64,000 bases of DNA, taken from Bdellovibrionota bacterium. GTDB taxonomy: Bacteria > Bdellovibrionota > Bdellovibrionia > Bdellovibrionales > JAEYZS01. Both the position numbers and the translations under genes were made by a program. Below, in pieces: positions 48,590-58,635 of the stretch. The stretch covers positions 19,579 to 83,578 of the forward strand of contig CAUJDY010000052.1 in the NCBI GenBank assembly GCA_963169805.1, written 5' to 3'. Every line of letters starts with the position of its first letter. The stretch's first letter is position 1. Below the pieces are notes generated by a model. It made no database searches and was not told the origin of the DNA. It saw only the letters and a program-made list of their open reading frames with translations.

Positions 48590-50094
48590 TCAACTACCTC
48601 AAGCCCAGGTGGAAGTTTTGTTTTATCAAAAGGAGTTGGATCCTCTAGATTTGCAACTGGGACTGTACAGTAGTATACGGCGAAATGTGCAGAGGATCGA
48701 TCATTTCCTGATTTATCCATACCTCCGAACGGAAGTTTAGAACTTGCCCCCACCGTAGAACGATTCCAGTTGACTAGTCCAACTCGAGCCTTTTGGTTAG
48801 CTCTCTCATAGAGAGCTTTGTTTGCACTAAAAATAGATGTGACCAAGCCATAACCTGTAGAGTTCACAAGCTCAAGAGTTTGGTCAAAATCTTCAACTTT
48901 ATAGACTGCCAAATTTGGTCCAAAAATTTCTGTTTTTTGGTATACTGAAGTTTCAGAAGGATCATTTACAATATAAATTGAAGGCGTGACATAATTACCA
49001 GACTGATCTCTTTCTAAAACCTTTCCTCTCATTAAACACTCTGCACCCTCTCGCGTAGCAATTCCCTGAAAGCGCAAGTAATTTTCTACTGACGTGTCAT
49101 TTACTAGCGGCCCCATAAAAGGATTTTCTTTCCAGTGACCAATAGTTAATTTTTTTGCTGCCTTATAAAACTTGTCCATAAATTGATCGTAAATATTCTT
49201 GTGGAGCAAAAGTCGGCTCGTACAAGAACATCTTTGACCTGTCGTTAAAAAAGCTCCTTGAAGGTTCTCATAAACTGCTTTTTCTAGAGAGGCATCATCC
49301 CATACAACTGACGCATTTTTTCCACCCATTTCAAGTGCAAGAATTTTCCAATAATGGTTCATAGTTTCTTGTTTTATTTTTAAGCCAGTGTCGTATGAGC
49401 CTGTAAATAAAATTCCATCTACAAGTTCGTGAGCTACCAGGCGTCTTCCAACTTCGCCTAACCCCTGAATCACATTAAAAACGCCTTTTGGGAATCCTGC
49501 CTCATGAAATAACTCCGCCATAAATTGGCCAACGTATGGAGTCCACTCTGAGGGCTTAAAAACTACTGTATTCCCTGTAATTAAAGCTGGAATAATATGT
49601 CCATTCGGTAAGTGGCCAGGAAAGTTGAAAGGACCCACTACGGCCATTACCCCTCTTGGTTTAAATCTAATCTTTCCCAAAACTCCAGGTAGCGCATTAG
49701 GTACTTCTACCGTTTCAACAAGCTTCATGGATTCCGTTAGTGTGATATCTATTTTACCAATCATTGCTTGCGCTTCTGTGAGCGCTTCCCATAGAGGCTT
49801 TCCCATGTCTCTTGCAATGGCTTCCGCCAACTCATTTTTTCTATTTGAATAGATCTCTTTTAGCTTCAAGAGGTAAGAGGCTCTTTCTTGAAATGACAAC
49901 TCTGACCAAGATGCAAAAGCATTTTTTGCTGCTTCACAAACTTTATCAACGTGGTCAAAGCTATAAAGAACAGTCATAATGTGATCTTTTTTATCCGCGG
50001 GCGAAAGATCTTGAAACTCTCCATCCGCTTTTTTCGGCTTAACGAATTCACTATTTATGTAATCACCCTTGTATAAATTGATCATGATGCCCAC
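48586..50094 (-). CDS. astD: Aldehyde dehydrogenase, probable N-succinylglutamate 5-semialdehyde dehydrogenase
   Basis: ALDH motifs FKPSEWTP, LEMGGKNA and catalytic GQRCSC. It is directly downstream of astA. ATG 50085 with an AAGGGTGGG RBS is an alternative start. Confidence 0.8.
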   Translation of the reverse strand: MGIMINLYKGDYINSEFVKPKKADGEFQDLSPADKKDHIMTVLYSFDHVDKVCEAAKNAFASWSELSFQERASYLLKLKEIYSNRKNELAEAIARDMGKPLWEALTEAQAMIGKIDITLTESMKLVETVEVPNALPGVLGKIRFKPRGVMAVVGPFNFPGHLPNGHIIPALITGNTVVFKPSEWTPYVGQFMAELFHEAGFPKGVFNVIQGLGEVGRRLVAHELVDGILFTGSYDTGLKIKQETMNHYWKILALEMGGKNASVVWDDASLEKAVYENLQGAFLTTGQRCSCTSRLLLHKNIYDQFMDKFYKAAKKLTIGHWKENPFMGPLVNDTSVENYLRFQGIATREGAECLMRGKVLERDQSGNYVTPSIYIVNDPSETSVYQKTEIFGPNLAVYKVEDFDQTLELVNSTGYGLVTSIFSANKALYERANQKARVGLVNWNRSTVGASSKLPFGGMDKSGNDRSSAHFAVYYCTVPVANLEDPTPFDKTKLPPGLEVVD

Positions 50095-50103
50095 CCTTTA
50101 TGG

Positions 50104-51120
50104 TTATACTATTGGCGTTATCCAAACATTATCACCATCACTGAGTTGCAATAATGTTTTTGTATTATGAGGAACACAAACCTTTTCTTCTTCTATTGAA
50201 TACGCCGTTTGAATGGCGAAGAAATTCTCATCTTTCTGGTATCCCACAATTCCAATCTTTTTAAAGTCTCCGCTCGATTTAAAAATGATTTTCTTATGTA
50301 CAGCATTTTGAATAAGCGGAACTTCATTTGTTTCCACTCCAAAATGAGGGCCGCCATCAAACGGATCCACTTCATTAAGATACTTAAAGCCTAATTTTTC
50401 TAGTAAATGTTGAGCGGGGCGAGTCTCCTCCCCTACACGTCCTAACACAAATCGTGCAGCTGAAGATAAAACGCAGGTATAGATTTCTTCAGTGGGAAAT
50501 AAACTGCTAATAAATTCTTTATACTTGTGGCTGAGCCTGTCTGCTTCTTGGTACGGTAATCCTGTAAAGCGTCTTCCTAGGGCTTCCCAAAACTCACTCT
50601 TACCCTGCGCCATATTGGGAGGAGAAAGTTCACATAAAAGCTTCTTCTCAAACTTCTCTGGGAACATGGCCATATATAAAAATCTAACAAGACTAATTTG
50701 CTTTCCAATTTTTTCTGAAATCCGCCTGTACTCACTATCTACAAGAAGCCCTCCAATTTCAGTGGGTCCATCCTCTTCTTCCTGAATTTTTAAAACCTGA
50801 TGAACAAATCCTATTCCAAGATCATTTGAAAAATGCTCTCTTTTATTAATTTTGAAATAAAAATGAGGAGCCTCTGGAGTGCCGTGCTTTGCAAGAATCA
50901 TTGAACTTCCAATCACGCGTTCTGATTCTGTATCCTCTACTACAAATAAATACTCGCATTGCTCTTTTGGTAACTTGCCGGCAAACGATAAACTACTTCT
51001 CTTAACTTTTTCCTCTAAAATTTTAGGGTCATTTGGTAAATTAATAAGGGTAAACTGAGAACTCAAAACCTGAAGATCTCTAATATCTTTTTCTTTTGCG
51101 CTTCTTAACAGAAACCCCAT
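50104..51120 (-). CDS. astA: Arginine N-succinyltransferase
   Basis: Collinear similarity to E. coli AstA: LR.A...D...L, YLFVVEDTES, SEFWEALGRRF vs SPFWQSLGKRFF, DPFDGGPHF vs DIFDGGPTL. Confidence 0.85.
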   Translation of the reverse strand: MGFLLRSAKEKDIRDLQVLSSQFTLINLPNDPKILEEKVKRSSLSFAGKLPKEQCEYLFVVEDTESERVIGSSMILAKHGTPEAPHFYFKINKREHFSNDLGIGFVHQVLKIQEEEDGPTEIGGLLVDSEYRRISEKIGKQISLVRFLYMAMFPEKFEKKLLCELSPPNMAQGKSEFWEALGRRFTGLPYQEADRLSHKYKEFISSLFPTEEIYTCVLSSAARFVLGRVGEETRPAQHLLEKLGFKYLNEVDPFDGGPHFGVETNEVPLIQNAVHKKIIFKSSGDFKKIGIVGYQKDENFFAIQTAYSIEEEKVCVPHNTKTLLQLSDGDNVWITPIV

Positions 51121-51129
51121 AAAAACCCC

Positions 51130-52515
51130 TTACTTACAACATTCAAGAATTGATTTCTCAATAATTCTTTTTGCAACCTGAATGTCTTTTTCTTCCATGA
51201 CTGCCGGAATGAGAAATCGAATTCTGAATGGATCTTTTCCGCATCCAAAGCTCATCAGCCCGTTGTTAAAAAGTACTTTTAGCAAATTCATGACTTTATC
51301 TTTAGAGCCATCTAAAGGCGTAACTGCCACCATAAGCCCCAGGCCTCCCGCATCTCTTAGCAACCCTTTGCACGAGGTTTCATTCAACTCGTTTAACATA
51401 GAAACAAAGTTCTTATGAATCTTTGATATCTTCCCAGACGGTCCAAAATAATCTTCTTTCGTGAGTATATCTAAAATTTCTATCCCTGCCGCCAAAGAAG
51501 GTGTTGAGCTGGCAAAAGTTCCCGCAATAAGGCCTGGCTGTGGATTGTACTCTTCTGTATAAAGAGTCACCGCAAGTTGAGCTGTCTTTGCAATCGTGCA
51601 AATGTCTATGTACTGGCCAATCTCTAATGTTTCATATGCAAAAAGTTCTCCTGTTCGAGAAAATGTCTGAACTTCGTCTGCCCAAATAGCTATTTTCTTT
51701 TCTTTTAAAAATTCAAATATTGGAACAAAAAATTCTCTCGGAGCCCATGTATATCCGCCCTCTCCCAACATTGGTTCAAAGGCAAATACAGAAATATTTT
51801 TTTCGTGCTTTGCCACATGCTCTTTGACAACTCTAAGAGCCTCTTCAGAACTTTGCTTTGGGTTCTTAACGTCATAAAATGGCACTCGCAGGACTTCGTT
51901 GTAATCAGGCAAACCCTGCTTGTAAGCGGTATTATCCGTAAGCTCTGCCATCATCGTTGATCTTCCCGCAAAAGCATTCTTAAGCGATAACATCATTCTG
52001 GCTGGAGTATTTTTTTGTCTAGAAATCTTAAGGGCGTTTTCATTCGCCATTGTTCCACATGTTGTAAGCCATGCGTATTTTAATCTAGATTTTCTAGAGG
52101 CTAATTCTGTAATTTTTTTTGAGAACTCTACATACTCCATATTGGGCTGGAGGTGGCCTTGCATTAAAATATCCTTCAGCGAACCTTTCATTGCTGCCTT
52201 AAGGACTCGTGGATGAGAGTGACCCATCAGGTGGATTCCAATTCCATTTATTAAATCAAGCTTAACACTTCCATCCTCTAACTCAACATATGGACCTCGC
52301 CCTATGCCAGTTCCTATGTAAGGATAAAACAAAGGACGTCCTCTTAATTTTTCAACGGAATCCATTGTTTGTTTAGCGGGAGCTATCAACTCTGAATGGG
52401 GCGGGCGAACGCCTTCTATTTTAGAGGATATTTGAACCACTTCTTGTACAGCCTGCTCTACAAATTGATCAATTTTTTTTGAACTCGATAAATCATGCCC
52501 TAATAATTGTGCCAT
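51130..52515 (-). CDS. Class-III PLP aminotransferase (succinylornithine/acetylornithine aminotransferase-like)
   Basis: ADEVQTFSRTGELFA matches DEVQTG.GRTG. It is the first gene of the ast operon. ATG 52515 with an AAAGGA RBS is preferred over GTG 52536. Confidence 0.75.
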   Translation of the reverse strand: MAQLLGHDLSSSKKIDQFVEQAVQEVVQISSKIEGVRPPHSELIAPAKQTMDSVEKLRGRPLFYPYIGTGIGRGPYVELEDGSVKLDLINGIGIHLMGHSHPRVLKAAMKGSLKDILMQGHLQPNMEYVEFSKKITELASRKSRLKYAWLTTCGTMANENALKISRQKNTPARMMLSLKNAFAGRSTMMAELTDNTAYKQGLPDYNEVLRVPFYDVKNPKQSSEEALRVVKEHVAKHEKNISVFAFEPMLGEGGYTWAPREFFVPIFEFLKEKKIAIWADEVQTFSRTGELFAYETLEIGQYIDICTIAKTAQLAVTLYTEEYNPQPGLIAGTFASSTPSLAAGIEILDILTKEDYFGPSGKISKIHKNFVSMLNELNETSCKGLLRDAGGLGLMVAVTPLDGSKDKVMNLLKVLFNNGLMSFGCGKDPFRIRFLIPAVMEEKDIQVAKRIIEKSILECCK

Positions 52516-52612
52516 ACTGGTTCCTTTCCCCTGCACTTATTCTTAAGTTTTGAAATGCAAACTTTTTTAATAAACTGTTGAACACCGTTCATCCCACTTC
52601 TAAAATAAGTAC

Positions 52613-53416
52613 ATGGGTAATTTAAACTTCCGTTCTCAATTTCTAATCTATTTTCTGTTTGCTTTAAGTGTCCTAGCATTTCTTCATCCAGTAAGCTCCA
52701 ATGCTCAAAACATCGAGGATGCAATTAAGAGTTACCAAAGTGGTGACTATAATACTGCCAAAACACTCCTTGATGAACAGCTTGCTCAAGATACTGAAAA
52801 CACTTTAGTATTATATAATTTAGGCCTTACAGAGTACAAGTTGGGAAACCCAGGAAAAGCATTAGGCTATTGGCGCAAAGCACAACGCCTCTCCCCTCAA
52901 TTTAATTCGAACCTACAGGCACTTGTTTACGCAGAAAGTCAGGCGCGACTCCTCAAGCCGGAGGATGTAGGTTTATTTAACACTCTCTTGGAGTGGATAA
53001 CTCGAAATATTCCAACCGTCTTAATCTACTGTTTATCGCTGCTTTTTCTATTTCTTGTGATTCAAAAATTTATAAAATTTTTTGTTACCAAACGAACGGC
53101 TCTTCTAAATGATAGCGCGCCACCACTCTTCCCCTCTACAGTATTTGTATATATGGCTTTGTTTATTCTATGTGTACTCCCTCTTGTACATTCTTATCAG
53201 TACAATCTTTATCCGCGTGCTACTGTTATCACAAAAAATTTTGAGGCTCGTAGCGGACCAAGCGAAGAAAATGCCTCTTTGTTTTCTCTGAACGAAGGAG
53301 ATGAAGTAATCCTTCTCGACAAAAGCGAAGATTGGTATAAGATCAAAGATAAGCTGGGTCGCCTTGGGTGGGCGGCAAATCAAAATTTATTCGCAACAAC
53401 GGTGACTCATGATTAA
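52613..53416 (+). CDS. TPR + TM + bacterial SH3 domain protein (BatE-like architecture)
   Basis: Signal peptide, TPR repeats, two TM helices and a C-terminal SH3b-like block ARSGPSEENASLFSLNEGDEVILLDKSEDWYKIKD..GRLGWA. Confidence 0.6.
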   Translation: MGNLNFRSQFLIYFLFALSVLAFLHPVSSNAQNIEDAIKSYQSGDYNTAKTLLDEQLAQDTENTLVLYNLGLTEYKLGNPGKALGYWRKAQRLSPQFNSNLQALVYAESQARLLKPEDVGLFNTLLEWITRNIPTVLIYCLSLLFLFLVIQKFIKFFVTKRTALLNDSAPPLFPSTVFVYMALFILCVLPLVHSYQYNLYPRATVITKNFEARSGPSEENASLFSLNEGDEVILLDKSEDWYKIKDKLGRLGWAANQNLFATTVTHD

Positions 53417-53993
53417 TTTACTCTGGGATAATATTTTCAAGAAAGACGAGCGCGCCCAAAATGTTTCACATATTCTAAGCCAAAATCGACTCTTTCATAA
53501 TCTCAATGGAAAAGAAATCAAAATTGTAGAAGATCTTGTTCACGAAAGACACTATCGCGCAGGGGAATCTATCTTTCGCCAAGGAGACATCGGGATTGGT
53601 ATGTATATTCTGGTTAAAGGTGCTGTTGATATTTCTGTTCTTGAAAGTGATGAAACAACCTCTACAGATCAATACAAAGAAGTTCTCATCACAAAATTAA
53701 AAAAGGGAGATTTTTTTGGAGAAATCTCTTTAGTAGAAGAAAATGGAAAAAGAACAGCTCGAGCAATAGCAGCAGAAGACAGCATTCTGCTTGGTTTCTT
53801 TAAACCAGATCTTAATGTTATTCTAGAAAATCACCCAGCAATAGGCATTAAAATTGCGATAAATCTTGCAGAAGTCATAGGGCGTAGACTTAAATCAACC
53901 ACAGAAAAAATCACTCAATTAAGAAATGAAATAAAAATATTATCAGAATTGCAGAGAGTACATGAAAACACCGGAACAACTCATAAAGCGTGA
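53409..53993 (+). CDS. Cyclic-nucleotide-binding domain protein (194 aa)
   Basis: HYRAGESIFRQGDIGIGMYILVKGAVDI...GDFFGEISLV...KRTARAIA. It overlaps the upstream gene by 8 nt. Confidence 0.8.
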   Translation: MINLLWDNIFKKDERAQNVSHILSQNRLFHNLNGKEIKIVEDLVHERHYRAGESIFRQGDIGIGMYILVKGAVDISVLESDETTSTDQYKEVLITKLKKGDFFGEISLVEENGKRTARAIAAEDSILLGFFKPDLNVILENHPAIGIKIAINLAEVIGRRLKSTTEKITQLRNEIKILSELQRVHENTGTTHKA

Positions 53994-55014
53994 GAGATAC
54001 CTCAGGCTGATATCCGTATTTACAATACTAGTACTTGCTTTTGCAATTCTACTTGCAGTTGACAACATGCTGGTTTCTTTTGTTTTATCCTTTGCCTCTG
54101 CCTATTTTCTCACCCCCTTTGTTAAGCATCTTAAAAGAACAGGGCTTCGGCCTGATCTCGCAATCTCAATCCCATTCTTTTCTTTATTTGTCATTTTGAC
54201 CATAGTAATTGTGTTGACCTTGCCGGTTCTAATTAATCAGTTTCGCGAGCTACAAGAAAATCTACCTAAATATTTAGAGGGAATTTCGTTTTTACTGCAA
54301 AAATGGGAGCATAAACTTAATAGCAATATCCCTTTTAATTTTAAATTGGATTTAAGTGAAAAGCTTGGAACGTGGTCTGAGCTTACCATCTCTACAGGAA
54401 TTCAGTATGCCCCTCGGCTTGCACAACAACTCTTCACTGTTACTTTGTTAAGTCCTCTTTTTACATACTTTATTCTAAAAGATGGGCGCCAAATAGCCAG
54501 AAAGGTTTTATCTATTTTTCCCAACAACTTGCACGAAATGGCACTCACACTGAGCGATAGAATCAATTCTCAATTGGGTGATTTTATTCGGGCACGCCTA
54601 ATAGAAGCGTTAATTGTTGGAATTGTTGTGTGGATTGGCTTAACTGTTTTAGCATTTCCTTATGCAATCTTTTTGGCACTGTTTGCTGTCGTCATGAACC
54701 TTATTCCCTACGTTGGCCCTTTTATTGGGGCAGTCCCTGCATTCTTGATTGCCGTTATTAATCAAGAACCTTCTTTTAATGTCTTATTAATGTCCTTGGT
54801 TTATTTCATTGCTCAAGTGATTGACATCCTATTTGTAATCCCTCTTGTTGTCGCACGGACTGTAAATCTTCACCCCATAACAGTTATAATTGTCTTTATT
54901 ATTGGGGCCCATGTGATGGGGGTGTTGGGCATGATTATTTCTGTACCCGTTGCCAGCGCTATAAAACTCATAAGCCTTACCGTGTATGACCAGCTGATCA
55001 AATTCAGGGCATAG
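53962..55014 (+). CDS. AI-2E family transporter (PerM/UPF0118)
   Basis: Polytopic membrane protein with the family motif NLIPYVGPFIGAVPA. Confidence 0.8.
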   Translation: MKTPEQLIKRERYLRLISVFTILVLAFAILLAVDNMLVSFVLSFASAYFLTPFVKHLKRTGLRPDLAISIPFFSLFVILTIVIVLTLPVLINQFRELQENLPKYLEGISFLLQKWEHKLNSNIPFNFKLDLSEKLGTWSELTISTGIQYAPRLAQQLFTVTLLSPLFTYFILKDGRQIARKVLSIFPNNLHEMALTLSDRINSQLGDFIRARLIEALIVGIVVWIGLTVLAFPYAIFLALFAVVMNLIPYVGPFIGAVPAFLIAVINQEPSFNVLLMSLVYFIAQVIDILFVIPLVVARTVNLHPITVIIVFIIGAHVMGVLGMIISVPVASAIKLISLTVYDQLIKFRA

Positions 55015-55055
55015 AATTTGACTTTAATTCTACCCTACGGATAGAATCAGCGGGT

Positions 55056-55808
55056 ATGTCATTCAAAATTCTTTTATCTTTACTCGTAATTACAAATGCT
55101 TTCTTTATCGGATGCTCAACCACAGACGATATTGATATTAACTCCGCCGAAAAGGCCTTCAAAGAAGCGAAAGAATACGAGGACGATGAACGTTATGAAG
55201 AAGCTCAAAGAAGATATGAGGAAATAAAAAATAAGTTCCCATACAGTTCTTGGGCAAAAGAGTCTGATCTTCGTATTGCAGAGATCTATTACAAAAAAGA
55301 GGACTTCTCAACCGCGGCACTTTCTTACTCCAATTTTAAGTTTTTATATCCAAACCACCCGCAAATCGCGTATGTCAGCCTGCAGTTAGCACTTTCATAT
55401 TTTAACCAACTACCCCCCACAATTGATAGAGACCTCTCAAAGGGACATAACGCCATTCAAGAGTTTAATCTTGTCCTTCAAAAATATCCAGGAACTGAGT
55501 TTGCAAAAGTAGCTGCAGATAAAAAGAAAATTACGGAAGACAAGTTAGCAGAAAAAGAGCTCTATATAGCAGACTTTTACTACAAAAGAGATCACTATCT
55601 ATCCGCTCTAAAAAGATATGAAAACCTACTAACCATGCCTGGCCCCGAGAGCATCACAAAGACAGCTTATTATAAAGGGGCTGTGAGTGCTTTGGAGATT
55701 GGCGAGTTAAACAAAGCCAAGCAGTTAATACAAACCTTAAAACAAAAGTACCCAACTTCAGATGAAGCTAGGGACACAGAAGATTTAAAAGCTAAATATG
55801 GCATATAG
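55056..55808 (+). CDS. bamD: Outer membrane protein assembly factor BamD (YfiO)
   Basis: Lipobox FFIGC. TPR-like repeats with the BamD-typical FPYSSWAKESDLRIAEIYYKKEDF and ADFYYKRDHYLSA. Confidence 0.8.
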   Translation: MSFKILLSLLVITNAFFIGCSTTDDIDINSAEKAFKEAKEYEDDERYEEAQRRYEEIKNKFPYSSWAKESDLRIAEIYYKKEDFSTAALSYSNFKFLYPNHPQIAYVSLQLALSYFNQLPPTIDRDLSKGHNAIQEFNLVLQKYPGTEFAKVAADKKKITEDKLAEKELYIADFYYKRDHYLSALKRYENLLTMPGPESITKTAYYKGAVSALEIGELNKAKQLIQTLKQKYPTSDEARDTEDLKAKYGI

Positions 55809-56535
55809 TTCAACCCGCGATCTTATTCAAACTGCAAAGGAAGCCTTCATAGAGGGCGATTACAGCACTGCGGAGCCTCTACTTCAACAAGCCCTCCTTA
55901 AAGATAATAAAGATCCGGAGGTTTACCAAATGCTGGCAACTCTCTATTACGATAAAGGACAGTTTAATAAAGCGATTAAAACTTTTAAAAAGGCCCTCGA
56001 AATCGATCCTGGATACACAGATGCAAGCGTTGGGCTTTCAATAATCCTAAATGATCTTGGTAGATATGATGAAGCCAAGTCCATCTTTAATGATGCACAG
56101 AAGAAGCTAGATGACTCCAAGAAAAAGGATGACCCTTTTATTAATGAGAAAATCGCTCAAAAGCACATTGAGTTGGGCGACCTTTATTTACAGATAGAGC
56201 GATTCGATGAGTCTTTAGAGCAGTATTTTAAGGCAAAAAAGATGCTCTCTAATATATCTAAACTCATACTTAAAGTAGCGGATTGCTTAGTAAAAATCGG
56301 AAAACCAACTCGTGCAATTCAAGAACTACAACTCTTCTTAAGAGACTATCCACAAAATAACGATGCTCGTTCAAAACTAGGATTGATCTTATATCAATCT
56401 AACCGTACATATGAGGCTGTTGAAGAGTGGGAAAAGGTCCTAGCTCGCGACCCCAATAATAGCGAAGCTCAACATTACTTACAGTTAGCACAAGAAACGG
56501 AATTAACAGAGATAATCCAACACCGGGAGATATAA
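55798..56535 (+). CDS. TPR-repeat protein
   Basis: Several canonical TPR units (YDKGQFNKAIKTFKKALEIDPGY and others). It overlaps bamD by 11 nt. Confidence 0.7.
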   Translation: MAYSSTRDLIQTAKEAFIEGDYSTAEPLLQQALLKDNKDPEVYQMLATLYYDKGQFNKAIKTFKKALEIDPGYTDASVGLSIILNDLGRYDEAKSIFNDAQKKLDDSKKKDDPFINEKIAQKHIELGDLYLQIERFDESLEQYFKAKKMLSNISKLILKVADCLVKIGKPTRAIQELQLFLRDYPQNNDARSKLGLILYQSNRTYEAVEEWEKVLARDPNNSEAQHYLQLAQETELTEIIQHREI

Positions 56536-56536
56536 G

Positions 56537-57064
56537 ATGTCTCAAATCAAAGATGGAATGATACCCTATTTAAAAGCCGACGAAATAGATGATATTGTTA
56601 CAAAACTCGCTAAAGAAATTGAAAAGGACTACAAAGGACAAGCCGTTGTACTTATTGGAGTCCTCAAAGGCTCGCTTCCTTTCATTGCAGATCTATCCAG
56701 AAGACTCAATTTAGCTCAAAGAGTAGATTTTGTATCTTTAAGTAGTCAAAAAAATCGCGAAGGGGATTACATCATTACTATCAACCAGGATATTTCAACG
56801 CAACTTTCCGGCAAACACGTCCTTATTGTTGAAGAAATCATAGATGCGGGTAGAAAGCTTAGCTTTTTAAAGAATCGTATTCTCGCTTCGGGCCCAGCCT
56901 CACTGAAAATTGTCACTCTACTAGATAAGCCGGCAAGAAGAGTCATCAACATAAAGGCAGATTACATTGGAAAAACAATTGAAGATAGATATGTTGTTGG
57001 TTACGGACTTGATGATGGAGAGCTTGGAAGAAACTATCCCGATATTTACTACTTAAGACACTAA
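56537..57064 (+). CDS. hpt: Hypoxanthine phosphoribosyltransferase
   Basis: PRPP-binding loop VLIVEEIIDAGRKLS and C-terminal DYIGKTIEDRYVVGYGLD. Confidence 0.93.
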   Translation: MSQIKDGMIPYLKADEIDDIVTKLAKEIEKDYKGQAVVLIGVLKGSLPFIADLSRRLNLAQRVDFVSLSSQKNREGDYIITINQDISTQLSGKHVLIVEEIIDAGRKLSFLKNRILASGPASLKIVTLLDKPARRVINIKADYIGKTIEDRYVVGYGLDDGELGRNYPDIYYLRH

Positions 57065-57180
57065 GCCAATCTAAAAATAGATTTACGCAAGACCCTTGAC
57101 ATCAAATTGGACTCATTAAAAGATAAACTTAGTGAGTTTGAGTCTGCGATAATTTAAGGGGTTAAGCATCTATGTTGTTT

Positions 57181-57212
57181 TCATCAAGAGCCATGATGGT
57201 TTTTATTTTTTC
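57181..57212 (+). terminator. Weak rho-independent terminator candidate downstream of hpt
   Basis: TCATCA (57181-57186) pairs with TGATGG (57194-57199) and is followed by TTTTTATTTTTT. The stem is short and the call is tentative. Confidence 0.3.
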
Positions 57213-57255
57213 AGTCTTATTCTTTTTTGTATTTCAAACCGTAATTAGGTAATGA

Positions 57256-58623
57256 CTATACAATTCTACCAATCAAGTCATATTCCATAGAGTCTGTGAT
57301 CTCTACTTTTACAATTTCACCAATATTTGCAGTCCCTTCATTGATCAGTACTATTCCGTCAATATCTGGAGCTTGCTGAGATGTTCTACCTTTGAGCAGT
57401 AAATCTGATTCTTCACTTGGACCTTCAACTACAACATCCAAAATTTTTCCAATATACTGCTTATGAATTTTTTTGCTAATAGGGAGCTGTAAAGACATCA
57501 ATCTATGAAAACGATCCTCTTTGATTTCTTCATCAATTTGATTCTCCATCTTTCCGCCTGCTGTGCCTTCTTCCGGAGAATATTTAAAACACCCAACGCG
57601 ATCAAACTTTTGTTCTTTAACAAAGTCTAGCAATTCTTGGAAGTGCTCCTCTGTTTCTCCAGGAAAACCTACAATAAACTGAGTTCTAATAACTGCATCT
57701 GGAATTTCTGTACGAATCGTTTTTAAAGCCGCTTCTATTTCTGCACGAGTCATTTTACGATTCATGAACTTTAACATATCATTATTGATATGCTGAAGTG
57801 GCATATCAAAGTACTTAACAAGATTATTTTTCTCTTTGATAAGCTGAACCATCTCTGGCGTTATTCCATCTGGGTATAGATATAAAACTCGAATCCACTT
57901 AAGCTTTTCAATTTCAGAAAGAGCTCTGAGCAACTCAACTGGAGATTCTACACGGGTATTATCCTTGCGCCTTAAATCCCAGCCATAATCTGTGAAATCA
58001 TGCGAAATAACATTAATCTCTTTTACGCCACTGGCTGCAAGCAGCTTTGCTTCATTAACAATATTATCTAAGCTTCTTGATTGAAGATTTCCTCGAATTT
58101 TTGGAATTGCACAGAACGCACATCGTTTTAAACAACCCTCTGATATTTTAAGATATGCTCTATGAGGCATTTGTGAGTTCAGTCTGGGCGTATTTTCTTG
58201 CTGTAAGAAAGTTGGCAAATTAAAAAAGCGTTTTTGTGTTTTATCACTTCGATTTTTTTCTAAAATATCTGCTATGTTTTGAAACTCACCAGATCCCACA
58301 AAAACATCTGCTTCTGGCAACTCATCTACTAGCGTATCTTTGTATCTTTGGGTTAAGCATCCTGCTACAACCAACTGATTGAGCTTTCCATCTTCTTTCA
58401 TCTTAGCCATTTCAAATATAGTTGAAATTGACTCTTTTTTTGCATCTTCAATAAACCCACAGGTATTAACAACTATGGTTTCAGCATCTTCAGGGTTATC
58501 TGTAATTTCATAATTTGATTTTGTTAAACTTCCTAACATCATTTCTGAATCAACAAGATTTTTAGGACAGCCAAGAGAAATAAAATGCACTTTTCTTTTT
58601 TCTGAAGAAACTACTTCTTTCAT
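57256..58623 (-). CDS. rimO: Ribosomal protein S12 methylthiotransferase RimO
   Basis: MTTase N-domain FISLGCPKNLVDSE, radical-SAM CxxxCxxC (CLKRCAFCAIP) and a C-terminal TRAM domain. Confidence 0.9.
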   Translation of the reverse strand: MKEVVSSEKRKVHFISLGCPKNLVDSEMMLGSLTKSNYEITDNPEDAETIVVNTCGFIEDAKKESISTIFEMAKMKEDGKLNQLVVAGCLTQRYKDTLVDELPEADVFVGSGEFQNIADILEKNRSDKTQKRFFNLPTFLQQENTPRLNSQMPHRAYLKISEGCLKRCAFCAIPKIRGNLQSRSLDNIVNEAKLLAASGVKEINVISHDFTDYGWDLRRKDNTRVESPVELLRALSEIEKLKWIRVLYLYPDGITPEMVQLIKEKNNLVKYFDMPLQHINNDMLKFMNRKMTRAEIEAALKTIRTEIPDAVIRTQFIVGFPGETEEHFQELLDFVKEQKFDRVGCFKYSPEEGTAGGKMENQIDEEIKEDRFHRLMSLQLPISKKIHKQYIGKILDVVVEGPSEESDLLLKGRTSQQAPDIDGIVLINEGTANIGEIVKVEITDSMEYDLIGRIV

Positions 58624-58635
58624 TTTGTCCTCGAT

